This document shows positions 8,607 to 18,421 of a stretch of DNA of 64,000 nt, one piece after another. The position numbers and the translations under genes are program-made. Source of the stretch: a virus (taxonomy: Duplodnaviria > Caudoviricetes); IMG/VR virus record IMGVR_UViG_3300032328_000581, positions 34,887 through 98,886 of that record. One strand, given 5' to 3'. The number at the start of each line of letters is the position of its first letter. The stretch's first letter is position 1. A model generated the notes under the pieces. The model did no database searches and was not told the origin of the DNA. It worked only from the letters and a program-made list of their open reading frames with translations.

Positions 8607-11600
8607 CTACTCTCTAAATACAACCCTGTCGATGTTAAAAGATTGGGTTGCGTTAAAGGTACTCGGTGTAAACGTGATTGTCAATTTTGCGGAAGCAGCG
8701 TTTAGGGTAGCTAAAGCAGGGAATGTGTTTGAGATGTACGCCCAACGATCAGTTCGGGTTACTGTAACTGACTTCTCTGTGTATTGAGCTGTAACATCAA
8801 GTACCTTTGTTGGGTCATTTGGAAACGCCGGATCTTGAATTAGTACCGGCAGTACAGATCCTGTAGGTGTATAGAACGTTACCTTAAGCTTATACGTACC
8901 TGCAGACAGGGCATTTTCTGGCTTAATAGCAATAGAGGCATAATAACCTTGACCTGAAACAACCGGCACAGTTCCTGAAGTTATGCCAAATACCTTAGTA
9001 GCGTTAGAGGTTCCAGCGGTTGTTACTCTACACCAAGAAGTTCCGTGAGTGATTTGGTCACCAAACAAGGACCCCCTAGAAGTTTTTCTAACCAGTGTTG
9101 AGTTTTCTGGTACCCACTTATCTAAGTCATTCTCAAAAGAAGCAGAAGGTATTAAAGACTCTATTAGCTCTGGATATCCCCCGGACTCTAAGCCCGGCTT
9201 CACGGCCCAACTACTACCATGAGGCATTACTAAAGCAAGTGAGTTGCGTAATCTAGAAAACTTAACCGCATAGTTAGGAAAGTAGGAACTACGGCTAGCG
9301 TTAGTGTTTAAAACTCTATCTACTAAGTAGGTATTAGAGCTTCCTGATATAGGAACAATTGAGCTAGTAACAGAAGATGGGTTAAGAAAGACGCTAGGGA
9401 TTTTTCCGTACTCTGCCTGAACACCGTCAATATGGAAGAACGTTGTTGGGGTTCCTACATAAGTAGCTGGTGGATCAATTTTAATATTTAAAACAAAACT
9501 TGTTTCTCCAACAGCTAGCTGCTTTACTGCAGATATTCTTGTCCATTGATATTTATCTTTTTCAGAAACAAAGGTTGTTGATTGAAAAGAATTACTTCCT
9601 AAAGTAATTGTATAGCTTCCCTCAGCTGCACGAACATAAGCAGATACTACAAAGTCCTCGCCGCCTTTTGCTGGGGATGGAAGAACAACTGTTGTAGATA
9701 TATTTCCGCCAGTTGTTGCAACATAAGTTAGCTTGCCCATTTTAGACCCATACTTTGCAGTGTATGTTCCGCTTGTAGGTGTTCCTAAAGTTCCATTAGA
9801 ATTTTTTACTGGAACTATAGTAGACCCTGAAGCAGTATCCATAGTTAAAGTTCCTACATTGGCAGTCCAAGTTGAGATTGTTTCAAAAGAAGGTTCTTGA
9901 ATGAAGTTATATACATTTTTATACTCCCACAAGCAGTCTCCAGGGAAAAAATACGGTTCAGTAACTGGGGTGCTAGACACCGGAGCACTAGATCCATCAA
10001 AAAATGGTAAGGAAAGAGCCGTAGGCTGTAATAAGCAAGAATCAATGTAAGCAGATTCACCTACAGCGCAGTTTGGAAATATAATAAAAACTTTTACTAC
10101 AGGGTTTCCAGAATCTCGAGTGTATGCGGGAGCAATTGCAGATATAGAAATTCGCGTTCTAACCGGAACTCTTTGTGAGCTCACCAATGTATTAGTTAGG
10201 GTTACTTCGTTAGATTGCACTGAGTATATAGTTGAGTCGTAGTATTCTCCATCAACATCGCTTAAAATTAAAGTCTGTTGTTCAATAGACTCTCTGTTTG
10301 AAAACTCTATTTTAATTATTGCTTTATTTATAATTGTTGAGTCGGTACTTACATAGGCGCTAAAGGTGTAGTTTTGACCTGGATCTACAGATATCCAGTC
10401 GCTAGCTACATACATTTGACTTGAATTTAACGCAGTCAATGCACCAACAGAAGAACCAAAAAATATAGAGTTTGAAGACACAAAAGACTTAGATACAAAG
10501 TTTGAGTTACTAGAGGACAACCAGCCACCCGTACCGTCTTCAAAAGAGGGGTTTGGAACTAGGTTTTCTTTAGATCCTTGAAGGTACACATTTACTTGCT
10601 TTGCATCCTCAAAAGCAAGGCTATATTTAGACTCTGAAAATTGAGTTTTATCTAACAGAACCTTTGTTTCAGAAAGAGTGCTAGGTGTTATTAATAGTTC
10701 AATTGATGCGTAAGCTGCGTCTAGTGGGGATACCCGACCTAATCTTCCTGCAGAAGATCCGGAGGTAAACTCTTTCCAAGAGCTTGAAGAGGTAATGGGT
10801 GCGGTTAACGCGGTAGAGCTAAGGGTCTCTCCAAGGTAATTCCACCAGTTAATCTTTACTGATAGAGTGTAAGAGTTGCCGCTAATTTCCCTAAACCAAC
10901 CAGTAAATAAATACTCTGTATTTCCTTCAACAGGAATTCCTAAAAGAGGCATTTTAGCATTAGCTATTGGTAGTTGCAATGTTGCCGGTGATACTGTAGA
11001 GGTGCTTTCCGCAACTGTAAATACTCCGAAGCCAACTTCTTTTGGTGGATACAAAGAGTCATTTACCCAAGCTTTAGGTGGAGTAATAGCTGTACTTAAA
11101 ACTGCTGCCGAGTTTTCAAATTTTACCGAAGTTTTAGTTCCACGGGTAATGTGCCAGCGACCAGTAGATTCTTCAAAAGAAGAGTCATTGTAGTCCAGCA
11201 TAAGATTGTGACCCAGTTTAATTTCAGAGCTTAGGTGTGTAAGTCCAGTAACATAACCAGATACTGCGCCTTTTGTTCCTTTAACAGAGTTAATTACGTT
11301 TCCTGCTCTGTACAGGGATCGATGATAGCTGTCGCCCAAAGCAGGTTCATAATTAAAGCCTAGATCTAAAATTTGTGATTCTAAAAGAGCGCTGGGGATT
11401 GCGTTTGACGATGATTTAGATATTAACTCAGCTTCAGCATTTAGCTTGTCATACATAAAAGTATAGGCTGAGAGTGTTCTAGAAAGGTCGTTAGTTTCAG
11501 CTTCGCCAACGGCATCTCCAATACCATTATTTGTATTAAACCAGATACGTGGTAGCCAGTTAATTAATTTAGATAACGTGTCTGTTTCTTGCGTTACAAT

Positions 11601-11972
11601 TATGTTGGTATCTCCGCAAAAAATCCAACGCTTTACCCCTTGAGTGCCACCAAAAACCCAAATTGAGTAGTTAACTTCGCGGTTGTCGGTTGATACGTCA
11701 TTGTCAATATACGTAGTTCTAAACGCAGAAATTACATCTCCATCTAAATAGATTCCCTCAAATGGGGTGTCAGGAACACCTGAGAATCCTCGAACAACTC
11801 TCCAATGGGTAGGCTCTTCATCCTCGGGCGCAGGGGTGATAGATCCCCAAGCCAAGGATATAGAGTTAAAGTTATACGACCATGATCTAATCCCTGAGGC
11901 ATAGTAAGTCCTACTTACTTCACGCTCACCGTACTTGGATATACCATACGTCGCAATACTATATTTTGCCAT
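8607..11972 (-). CDS. Baseplate wedge/tail protein with repeated carbohydrate-binding-like beta-sandwich domains
   Basis: N-terminal P2 gpI-like region (WLPRIW...KGTKGAV) followed by repeated NL.P..SFE....W modules; follows the baseplate J gene. Confidence 0.7.
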   Translation of the reverse strand: MAKYSIATYGISKYGEREVSRTYYASGIRSWSYNFNSISLAWGSITPAPEDEEPTHWRVVRGFSGVPDTPFEGIYLDGDVISAFRTTYIDNDVSTDNREVNYSIWVFGGTQGVKRWIFCGDTNIIVTQETDTLSKLINWLPRIWFNTNNGIGDAVGEAETNDLSRTLSAYTFMYDKLNAEAELISKSSSNAIPSALLESQILDLGFNYEPALGDSYHRSLYRAGNVINSVKGTKGAVSGYVTGLTHLSSEIKLGHNLMLDYNDSSFEESTGRWHITRGTKTSVKFENSAAVLSTAITPPKAWVNDSLYPPKEVGFGVFTVAESTSTVSPATLQLPIANAKMPLLGIPVEGNTEYLFTGWFREISGNSYTLSVKINWWNYLGETLSSTALTAPITSSSSWKEFTSGSSAGRLGRVSPLDAAYASIELLITPSTLSETKVLLDKTQFSESKYSLAFEDAKQVNVYLQGSKENLVPNPSFEDGTGGWLSSSNSNFVSKSFVSSNSIFFGSSVGALTALNSSQMYVASDWISVDPGQNYTFSAYVSTDSTIINKAIIKIEFSNRESIEQQTLILSDVDGEYYDSTIYSVQSNEVTLTNTLVSSQRVPVRTRISISAIAPAYTRDSGNPVVKVFIIFPNCAVGESAYIDSCLLQPTALSLPFFDGSSAPVSSTPVTEPYFFPGDCLWEYKNVYNFIQEPSFETISTWTANVGTLTMDTASGSTIVPVKNSNGTLGTPTSGTYTAKYGSKMGKLTYVATTGGNISTTVVLPSPAKGGEDFVVSAYVRAAEGSYTITLGSNSFQSTTFVSEKDKYQWTRISAVKQLAVGETSFVLNIKIDPPATYVGTPTTFFHIDGVQAEYGKIPSVFLNPSSVTSSIVPISGSSNTYLVDRVLNTNASRSSYFPNYAVKFSRLRNSLALVMPHGSSWAVKPGLESGGYPELIESLIPSASFENDLDKWVPENSTLVRKTSRGSLFGDQITHGTSWCRVTTAGTSNATKVFGITSGTVPVVSGQGYYASIAIKPENALSAGTYKLKVTFYTPTGSVLPVLIQDPAFPNDPTKVLDVTAQYTEKSVTVTRTDRWAYISNTFPALATLNAASAKLTITFTPSTFNATQSFNIDRVVFRE

Positions 11973-11981
11973 GTTTTAAGT

Positions 11982-12545
11982 TTACATCCCTGCAAATAAG
12001 AATGGGCTAATTGATGCCGCATTAGCTATAGCTGTTGCTGTAGCGGCTTGAGCAGCGGCTGCAGAAATAGAGTTAGTTAAGGCAACATAGTCTGTACTTG
12101 TATTATACAGGACGTTAAAGGTTCCTACTTTAGGTTTGCCGGTGTTATCTACGTTAAATCCTAGAGCGGTTGATGAGTCTCGAGTTTCAAATAGGTTAAA
12201 TAAGTTTCCAGTACGAGCAGTTATAGTTAGACCAGTTCGTCCAGCAGTAGGAGAAATATTGTCTCCTGTTTTAGCTACATAGTTTGCGGAGCTTCCTGTT
12301 CCGTTTACTAGTCCAGCCTCAATATTTTTTAGTCTAGCGCCTAAAGAGTTCCAGTTAATGTCTTGAACAAACGTTCCAGAATAGTTAGAAACTAAGATGC
12401 TTGTATCATTTACGGCAGCACCAAGAGACGTTTCTATAGCGCGAACCTCATCTTGAATGACGTTTACGTGGTCAGCTAAAACTGTATCTTGGATATCAAT
12501 TTTATTCTGTAATTGGCGTACTGAGGACGGGAAGGAAGCGGTCAT
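11982..12545 (-). CDS. Tail fibre attachment/minor tail protein
   Basis: MTASFPSS...VLADHVNVIQDEVRAIETSLG N-terminus typical of fibre anchors; baseplate context. Confidence 0.6.
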   Translation of the reverse strand: MTASFPSSVRQLQNKIDIQDTVLADHVNVIQDEVRAIETSLGAAVNDTSILVSNYSGTFVQDINWNSLGARLKNIEAGLVNGTGSSANYVAKTGDNISPTAGRTGLTITARTGNLFNLFETRDSSTALGFNVDNTGKPKVGTFNVLYNTSTDYVALTNSISAAAAQAATATAIANAASISPFLFAGM

Positions 12546-12560
12546 TTTTTACCTATCTCT

Positions 12561-14108
12561 TTAGATGTTAATTCCGCCAGATACCGTGATTAACAGGTTA
12601 GCTGGAATCAGGTACGGAATTTGGTTTGGGTCTAGGATTATGTCTTGGGCGGAAGATCCGCCGTCAACGTTTAGCTTTGTTACCGATACTGAGGTTATGC
12701 CAGTTAACGGAGACAATGCTGAGATAATTGAAGAAAGGGATATATTTCTAGCGAACGTATTTTTTTCATAGGAGAAAAGTCCGGTATCACCAGAAAGAAG
12801 CGCCTTGTACACATCTAAACGCGCAGTACTTTGCTTATACGTGTCCTTTATTAAGACAGTGACTTCTAATCGCAACGGCATGTATTGTGGGGGCAATACG
12901 TTTAGGGTTACGCCTACAGGGATTTTGTCATCCATATAGAGCTCTACGTCTCTTTTAAGGCTGGTCCAAGAAGGAGTTACAGCTCCTGAAATTATGCCCG
13001 GGGTAGCGCTACCATCATTTTGTACTTGAAGGTATACGTTAACTAAAGAGTACACTGAGGAAGCGGCGTTTGTCTTTCCTACTAAAGGAACTAGTGATGA
13101 AAGGTACTTGTAATCATTTAGGGTTACCGCACGGTTTCGTGAAATAATAGCGTTTTTAATTTTAGATCTAATTTGTGTTTGGCTATCTGCGTCCGCACCT
13201 CCGGTTGCGGCTGTAGCATTGTTTACAGTAAAGAATGAAACTGCTTCTGGATCAATATTTCCAGGAATAAATGAAACTTCACTTACTGCTCCTGAAATTA
13301 CGTTTCCATAACGACCTACGCTGATCTTGTAGGTTGCGCTAATAGCCTGTGAAGCAGGTGGGATAGACCCATTAATTCCGTCACCAAAAAGTACGTTTAG
13401 AGTTCCATCTGTATTTTGGTTTGCTGTAAATACCAAGTCATTTGGACCATACTCTACAAGGTTATCTACATACTGCCAAGGCGCAAATGCGACTCCCTGT
13501 CCTACGTAAACAACTAGAGACGCGTCAATAATTCCGCTTTCAAGAATTTGAAAAGACTGGTTAGCGCTTCCAGTTGACGTACCAATACTAGAAGGCAGTG
13601 GTTTATGAAATACGGGATCAATATAGTCTTCTTTATCAGTGTTTACTGTTTTTCCCTCAACACAAACAACGTTTACTGTAGCATTTGGTGCAATTGCTGT
13701 AAAAGGCTGGGTAGTTTCAAAGTATGCTTGAGAAAAAGGTCCGTAGTTTAACGGAGCCATTACTTGAGTTCCGACAGGCAAACTTATTGGGGCATCGCTG
13801 TCATTTGTAAAGGACACGGTTACAGTGGCCGGGGTTGGACCTGAAGGGCGATACCCATATAAAGATGCAAAATTTAACAGGGTTTCTGTTTTTACAGCGG
13901 TTTCTACCTGAGTTTCATTAGCAACTCGGTCAATGTAATAGGACATAATGTCCCCCATATAAGCAAAAGCTTCTAGCAAAGCATTTCCTAGGTCCGAAGG
14001 GTCGTTAGGATTCCAAGCGCCGCCTGTTTTTAGGTTTACTAGGCTTATTAATTCGTTTTTTAGGGCTGCGTAATCCCTAGAAGTGTAGTCAATTTGAATT
14101 TCACTCAT
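12561..14108 (-). CDS. Baseplate J-like / T4 gp6-like wedge protein
   Basis: IDYTSRDYAAL, FGDGINGSIP, GGADADS, RAVTLNDY motifs. Confidence 0.9.
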   Translation of the reverse strand: MSEIQIDYTSRDYAALKNELISLVNLKTGGAWNPNDPSDLGNALLEAFAYMGDIMSYYIDRVANETQVETAVKTETLLNFASLYGYRPSGPTPATVTVSFTNDSDAPISLPVGTQVMAPLNYGPFSQAYFETTQPFTAIAPNATVNVVCVEGKTVNTDKEDYIDPVFHKPLPSSIGTSTGSANQSFQILESGIIDASLVVYVGQGVAFAPWQYVDNLVEYGPNDLVFTANQNTDGTLNVLFGDGINGSIPPASQAISATYKISVGRYGNVISGAVSEVSFIPGNIDPEAVSFFTVNNATAATGGADADSQTQIRSKIKNAIISRNRAVTLNDYKYLSSLVPLVGKTNAASSVYSLVNVYLQVQNDGSATPGIISGAVTPSWTSLKRDVELYMDDKIPVGVTLNVLPPQYMPLRLEVTVLIKDTYKQSTARLDVYKALLSGDTGLFSYEKNTFARNISLSSIISALSPLTGITSVSVTKLNVDGGSSAQDIILDPNQIPYLIPANLLITVSGGINI

Positions 14109-14521
14109 TGTGTAATACCAACCGTCCCATCGTTTCCAAAAATTGCTGTTGATGTAGTTAAACTGACTTGTTCATCCCCAGGAACTAAAATAACAACTTT
14201 AATTTCGCTAGTTCCATTTTCTTCGGGAGGGCTAACCTCTATCTGTTGAATTTTAACACCCCTTAGCCAGGTATTAATTGCTTCTCTTACGGCGTCCTCA
14301 ACAGCTTTTCTAAAAGACATTACTTCTCCGCCGTCATGTATGTACTCATTTTCAAATAAGGCGCGTTTTAGATCAACCCCATAATTTTGTTGCATAGGGC
14401 GCTGCCCTATTGCTGTGCTCATTAGGGTCGCTAGGCGGTCTAAGTAGATCTTGCCGCTAGATGTTGCGGCTAAAATTTCTCCCGAAACATCTACGGTATA
14501 TGGGTAGGCAATAGCTCTCAT
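14105..14521 (-). CDS. Baseplate wedge protein gp25/GpW-like
   Basis: T.IGQRPMQQNYGVDL...LFE motif. Confidence 0.85.
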   Translation of the reverse strand: MRAIAYPYTVDVSGEILAATSSGKIYLDRLATLMSTAIGQRPMQQNYGVDLKRALFENEYIHDGGEVMSFRKAVEDAVREAINTWLRGVKIQQIEVSPPEENGTSEIKVVILVPGDEQVSLTTSTAIFGNDGTVGITQ

Positions 14522-15024
14522 TAAGACCTAACTCCAATCCATATAGGGAATTCAGGGTCTCCGGCAATATACATGACCCAAACTTCTTGATATTTTCTAG
14601 GAACAATTCTATGCGGTGTATGTTCATCTGTAACGTTAGTCTCTTGTGGATCTGATGTTGCTTTTCGATCATGATCCAAAGAGCTGGCCCCAGCCTTAGC
14701 CACAATAGTCAATGCAGGTATTGAATGGCTGTGAGAATCCAATCCCCCGCCACTTCCGGTACTACTTGATTGTGTGGTTAGCAGGGCGGCAATTGCTTCC
14801 GCCGTATGCTCTTTATGATCCGGATGATTGGCGTTGCTCGTTACAGGTAGGCAAGCCTCAGCCCAACCTGTTTTAGACCCGCCAGTAGGTTGATTTACAG
14901 AAATCTTTATACGACTCTTTTTTAGTGGGTCGTTAATGTCTAAAACCTTACCTATATATACCCCATAAAATCTTGGGCGTCCAAGAGGGTCCGCCCCATA
15001 CACATTGTTGCTATAGTCATTCAT
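14521..15024 (-). CDS. Baseplate spike (gp5/GpV OB-fold)
   Basis: RFYGVYIGKVLDINDPLKKSRIKISV...WA...P...EVWVMYIAGDPEFPIWIG. Confidence 0.85.
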   Translation of the reverse strand: MNDYSNNVYGADPLGRPRFYGVYIGKVLDINDPLKKSRIKISVNQPTGGSKTGWAEACLPVTSNANHPDHKEHTAEAIAALLTTQSSSTGSGGGLDSHSHSIPALTIVAKAGASSLDHDRKATSDPQETNVTDEHTPHRIVPRKYQEVWVMYIAGDPEFPIWIGVRS

Positions 15025-15620
15025 TATACTATTTTATTACCCCTCTTTGCAGACCATGACACCGTATTTTTTACGCCCTTAAGTGATGGTGGTTTTATTA
15101 GGTAAGGGTTAGTAACTAAAGTAGAAAATGAATTTGATGGCTGGGTTACATTTGGCCCTACCCCATCGTAATCAATCTCTTGAAGTTCAGAGCTATTTGG
15201 AGAAAGAGATATCTCAGTTAATTGGGACTCAGCTATAGTCAATGACTGTCCAGAAAGTTCGCTTTCTACATCTCTATACTGAACGGCTTTTCCAGCGTTG
15301 GGGTTTACGTCCCCAAGAGTTTCGGCGCCAACAACCAAGTCAAGTACATAATAAGCTCGACGATCATTAAAATTGTGAGAAACAGACAGCACAGTCCAGT
15401 ACCCAGAAAGATCATTAGGAAGGTTATCTAAATAGATTGGGTCATATGGCCTAATATCTGAGTTGCCTATAACAGTGACTTCCATAGTATATTGGTACCT
15501 GCTGGTGTTACTTAAGGCATTTGCTAAAAGTTTTGAGTCATTTACGTTAGAAACCACTTCATAGGGATAGTGTTTTTTAAACGATGCTTTAGTATTTTTT
15601 TTAGAAAAACTTGCTGTCAT
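15024..15620 (-). CDS. Baseplate hub, C-terminal part (GpD/gp27-like)
   Basis: VIGNSDIRPYDPIYLDNL...LSGYWTVLSVSHNF typical of the GpD C-terminal barrel. Confidence 0.65.
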   Translation of the reverse strand: MTASFSKKNTKASFKKHYPYEVVSNVNDSKLLANALSNTSRYQYTMEVTVIGNSDIRPYDPIYLDNLPNDLSGYWTVLSVSHNFNDRRAYYVLDLVVGAETLGDVNPNAGKAVQYRDVESELSGQSLTIAESQLTEISLSPNSSELQEIDYDGVGPNVTQPSNSFSTLVTNPYLIKPPSLKGVKNTVSWSAKRGNKIV

Positions 15621-16459
15621 AGGAAGTAATCCTCACTTGGTTTTACCGCACCTTTTTGAGGTGTTTTTTTATTTACGTGAGGATGTACAGTCTTAATAGT
15701 TTGTCTACCATTTTGGCTTTTTCCACTTATTACCCTGTCAACCTTAACCCCTGCCTCAGGGGAGGCGTCACTAATTACAGGCTTAAAGTAAAGTATTGAA
15801 CCCAATGCCCTTTCTAAGGCATTTATAGCGCCATTTACTGGGCTATCCACATAGTAAAAATATGGAGCTTGGCTTTTTTTACTTGCGGTTATCTTATCTT
15901 TAGAGCAAAACGTAACAGTAGTATTCTCTGCACGTAAGGCAAATCCGGTCTGTTTAGCTAAACTTCTAAATAATTGCCAATATGTTTGCCCAGATTGAAC
16001 TATAGCTTTTCTTACTCTAGGGTCCCGTTGAACCGTAGAAGATAGGCCAAATCTTTGGCATATTTTTGAGACTACTTGATCTGCAGTAACATTGGTGTGA
16101 ATTTCTTGGGTGCTATCTTTTAGGCATGCTGACGCTGAAATGCACTTAATTATAGTTTGATTTACGCCTTCAATACCGCCTGTTTGATAAATCCTATCAA
16201 CTTTTCCTACAAATACTGATTTAATCTTTCCAGATCTATAAGTAAACTTTACAGGGTCCCCGTACGCAATCTGTGTTTCTTTTCGATTTGGTTTTCCTTT
16301 AATTCTAAGTATAAGCAAGTCATGCTCTTCTATTGATTGCTTTAATTCTGCACTCATAATTAAAAAGTCAAGTGATTTTAGGTTAGGAAACTCAACTTTA
16401 TAAGATGCGCTATAAACATCGGGTCTCCAAATATAGGCAGGAAGTACAAGATTACTCAT
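15617..16459 (-). CDS. Baseplate hub, N-terminal part (GpD/gp27-like)
   Basis: TADQVVSKIC.RFGL...QSGQTYWQLFRSLAKQTGF motif. Confidence 0.7.
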   Translation of the reverse strand: MSNLVLPAYIWRPDVYSASYKVEFPNLKSLDFLIMSAELKQSIEEHDLLILRIKGKPNRKETQIAYGDPVKFTYRSGKIKSVFVGKVDRIYQTGGIEGVNQTIIKCISASACLKDSTQEIHTNVTADQVVSKICQRFGLSSTVQRDPRVRKAIVQSGQTYWQLFRSLAKQTGFALRAENTTVTFCSKDKITASKKSQAPYFYYVDSPVNGAINALERALGSILYFKPVISDASPEAGVKVDRVISGKSQNGRQTIKTVHPHVNKKTPQKGAVKPSEDYFL

Positions 16460-16733
16460 TTGGCACCCTAATTACTGTTCCTGGAGCTATATTAAACGGG
16501 TCTAAAATTTCAGGGTTTATATCCATAATTTCCCACCAGTACTTAGTTCCACCACAATATGTTGCAGCTAAAGCGGCTAAAGAATCAGTAATAACCCATG
16601 TGTGGTTAAAGTAGGTTACTTCTTGATTGTCTGGCCATAACCTAAAAACAGCAATTTGAAATTTAGATTCGGGCCCAGAGGTGATCTGCGCTAAAGTACC
16701 GTCGTAGTATCTAGACACTCTTTCAATAGGCAT
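16452..16733 (-). CDS. LysM/tail-X-like baseplate protein
   Basis: DSLAALAATYCG...WWEIMDINPEILDPFNIAPGTVIRVP. Confidence 0.8.
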   Translation of the reverse strand: MPIERVSRYYDGTLAQITSGPESKFQIAVFRLWPDNQEVTYFNHTWVITDSLAALAATYCGGTKYWWEIMDINPEILDPFNIAPGTVIRVPNE

Positions 16734-18421
16734 TACTCATCCGCTTCCTCTACGGCCCCAGCACCACCGTAGCGTTTCTTAAATGTCTCTAGAACGTCAC
16801 CATTTAGGTCGTCTGAGAGTTGAACTATAGCTGGGTATCTGTTTATAGTTAAGGTTACTGTGCTGAGGACGGGCACCATTCTTCTATCAAACTGACGATG
16901 TTCTACCTCTAAATTTGATACTGCCCCAAAAATTTTATAACTATTATGAAGATGTAGCCATACCGGAGTTTGTTTTAAAAGTCCGCTATCAGAGGTTAAT
17001 CCAGGATAGCCAAGTAGAGGGTCTTGTCCTGTAGTTGTACTAGGGTCTCCATTACATACTCGATATAAAAACTCAATGTCATACTCAGTTCCGCGATTTA
17101 ATATACCTTGTTTAGCTACTTCACTTAGTGCAGGAGTATATGGAGATTTAGTTGGGCTATTGGTACTTTGAAGCTCAGTCATATCTGCTAAACGATTTAG
17201 TAGCAAGGTTACCTTAACAGACATATTTCCTGTTATAAGAATCGCGACATCTTGAATGTTTGTGTAATCAAACGGTGATCCACTAACGCCGTAACTAATT
17301 GTTTCTGGGTTATACATAAATCTAAATCCCCAAAGCTCACCTTTTTTAGATACTTCTGGGTTTGTATTTACAGCTAATGCGCTGTTTTTATCCTGGTAAA
17401 TTCTTCCCAATTCTGGGGCAGTGCTAAGCCGGTTAACCACACCTTTTTTGTCTGTCCATTCAAAACTTCTTGGATTACCCTTTGTAGATTTATGAAAAGG
17501 GGGGTTCCATCGCTCGGGATTTTTAGGTTCTTTTGGAGATACGTTTCCTCCGCTGCCTCCGCCGCCTTTGTCTTCTTTTGGAACTTTTACATTTGTAACT
17601 TTTCCACTTACAATTGCGTCAATAAGAACCGCCATAGCTGCTTTGTATGCGGGTCCTTTGCTTCCATTTATAAATTTTTTAGGGTCTTTTCCAATTTCAA
17701 CTTCTTTAACTTTAGTACCATTTGCGCCAGGGTTGTAGTACAAAGCAAAGTACGTAGTTTCTTGTGTAGTAGTGTTTACAACTCGTTTTATTCCAACATA
17801 CTGTTTTAAATCAACATCATAGTGGATATTTTGAGTTTGTCGTATAGGAGCTGCTCCAGCGTACTCAAGATCTAGTTCCGCAATAAGCCCTTTTGGAATT
17901 GCGGGAAAAGCCTCAGCTTTTGTAAAATGAACCGTTTGAACCCCTTTAAAGTCTTTACCATCAATATTTCTTCTAGGTATTAACACACCATTTGCAGGAA
18001 AACCAGGAGCACCCTTATGTGTTACTGTAAACGATGGAGTAATTAGATACGGAAATTTAAGGGCCCGTAAATTTAATACAAACTTGTTAATTTGAGCCGT
18101 AAAGTACAGGTTATTCCAAGTTTCAATTCCATTAAGAATGTCATTTACTGGGTTTGCGGGAACGGTTGCTTTTACTACCCTAACTTGATCGTCATTTAGT
18201 TGAGTAACGGTAGTGCCATCTTTTTTATAGGCTTTTATTACCCACTGTAATTGACTTTGGCTTCCAAGCTGATTTCCAGCTTGATCTGTTGGAGACACCT
18301 GAACATTGCCGCTATCTTTAAAATCTATAAAGTTAATTTTAGCGGTTTGAGTTTCTATATTTACCCATACGCCATTTAAGTGCTGTTGTAAGTAAACGTT
18401 ATAGTAATAATCTACGGCCAT
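16733..18421 (-). CDS. Tail tube initiator-like protein
   Basis: C-terminal GFRFMYNPETISY...FDRRMVP domain; position between tape measure and LysM gene. Confidence 0.6.
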   Translation of the reverse strand: MAVDYYYNVYLQQHLNGVWVNIETQTAKINFIDFKDSGNVQVSPTDQAGNQLGSQSQLQWVIKAYKKDGTTVTQLNDDQVRVVKATVPANPVNDILNGIETWNNLYFTAQINKFVLNLRALKFPYLITPSFTVTHKGAPGFPANGVLIPRRNIDGKDFKGVQTVHFTKAEAFPAIPKGLIAELDLEYAGAAPIRQTQNIHYDVDLKQYVGIKRVVNTTTQETTYFALYYNPGANGTKVKEVEIGKDPKKFINGSKGPAYKAAMAVLIDAIVSGKVTNVKVPKEDKGGGGSGGNVSPKEPKNPERWNPPFHKSTKGNPRSFEWTDKKGVVNRLSTAPELGRIYQDKNSALAVNTNPEVSKKGELWGFRFMYNPETISYGVSGSPFDYTNIQDVAILITGNMSVKVTLLLNRLADMTELQSTNSPTKSPYTPALSEVAKQGILNRGTEYDIEFLYRVCNGDPSTTTGQDPLLGYPGLTSDSGLLKQTPVWLHLHNSYKIFGAVSNLEVEHRQFDRRMVPVLSTVTLTINRYPAIVQLSDDLNGDVLETFKKRYGGAGAVEEADE

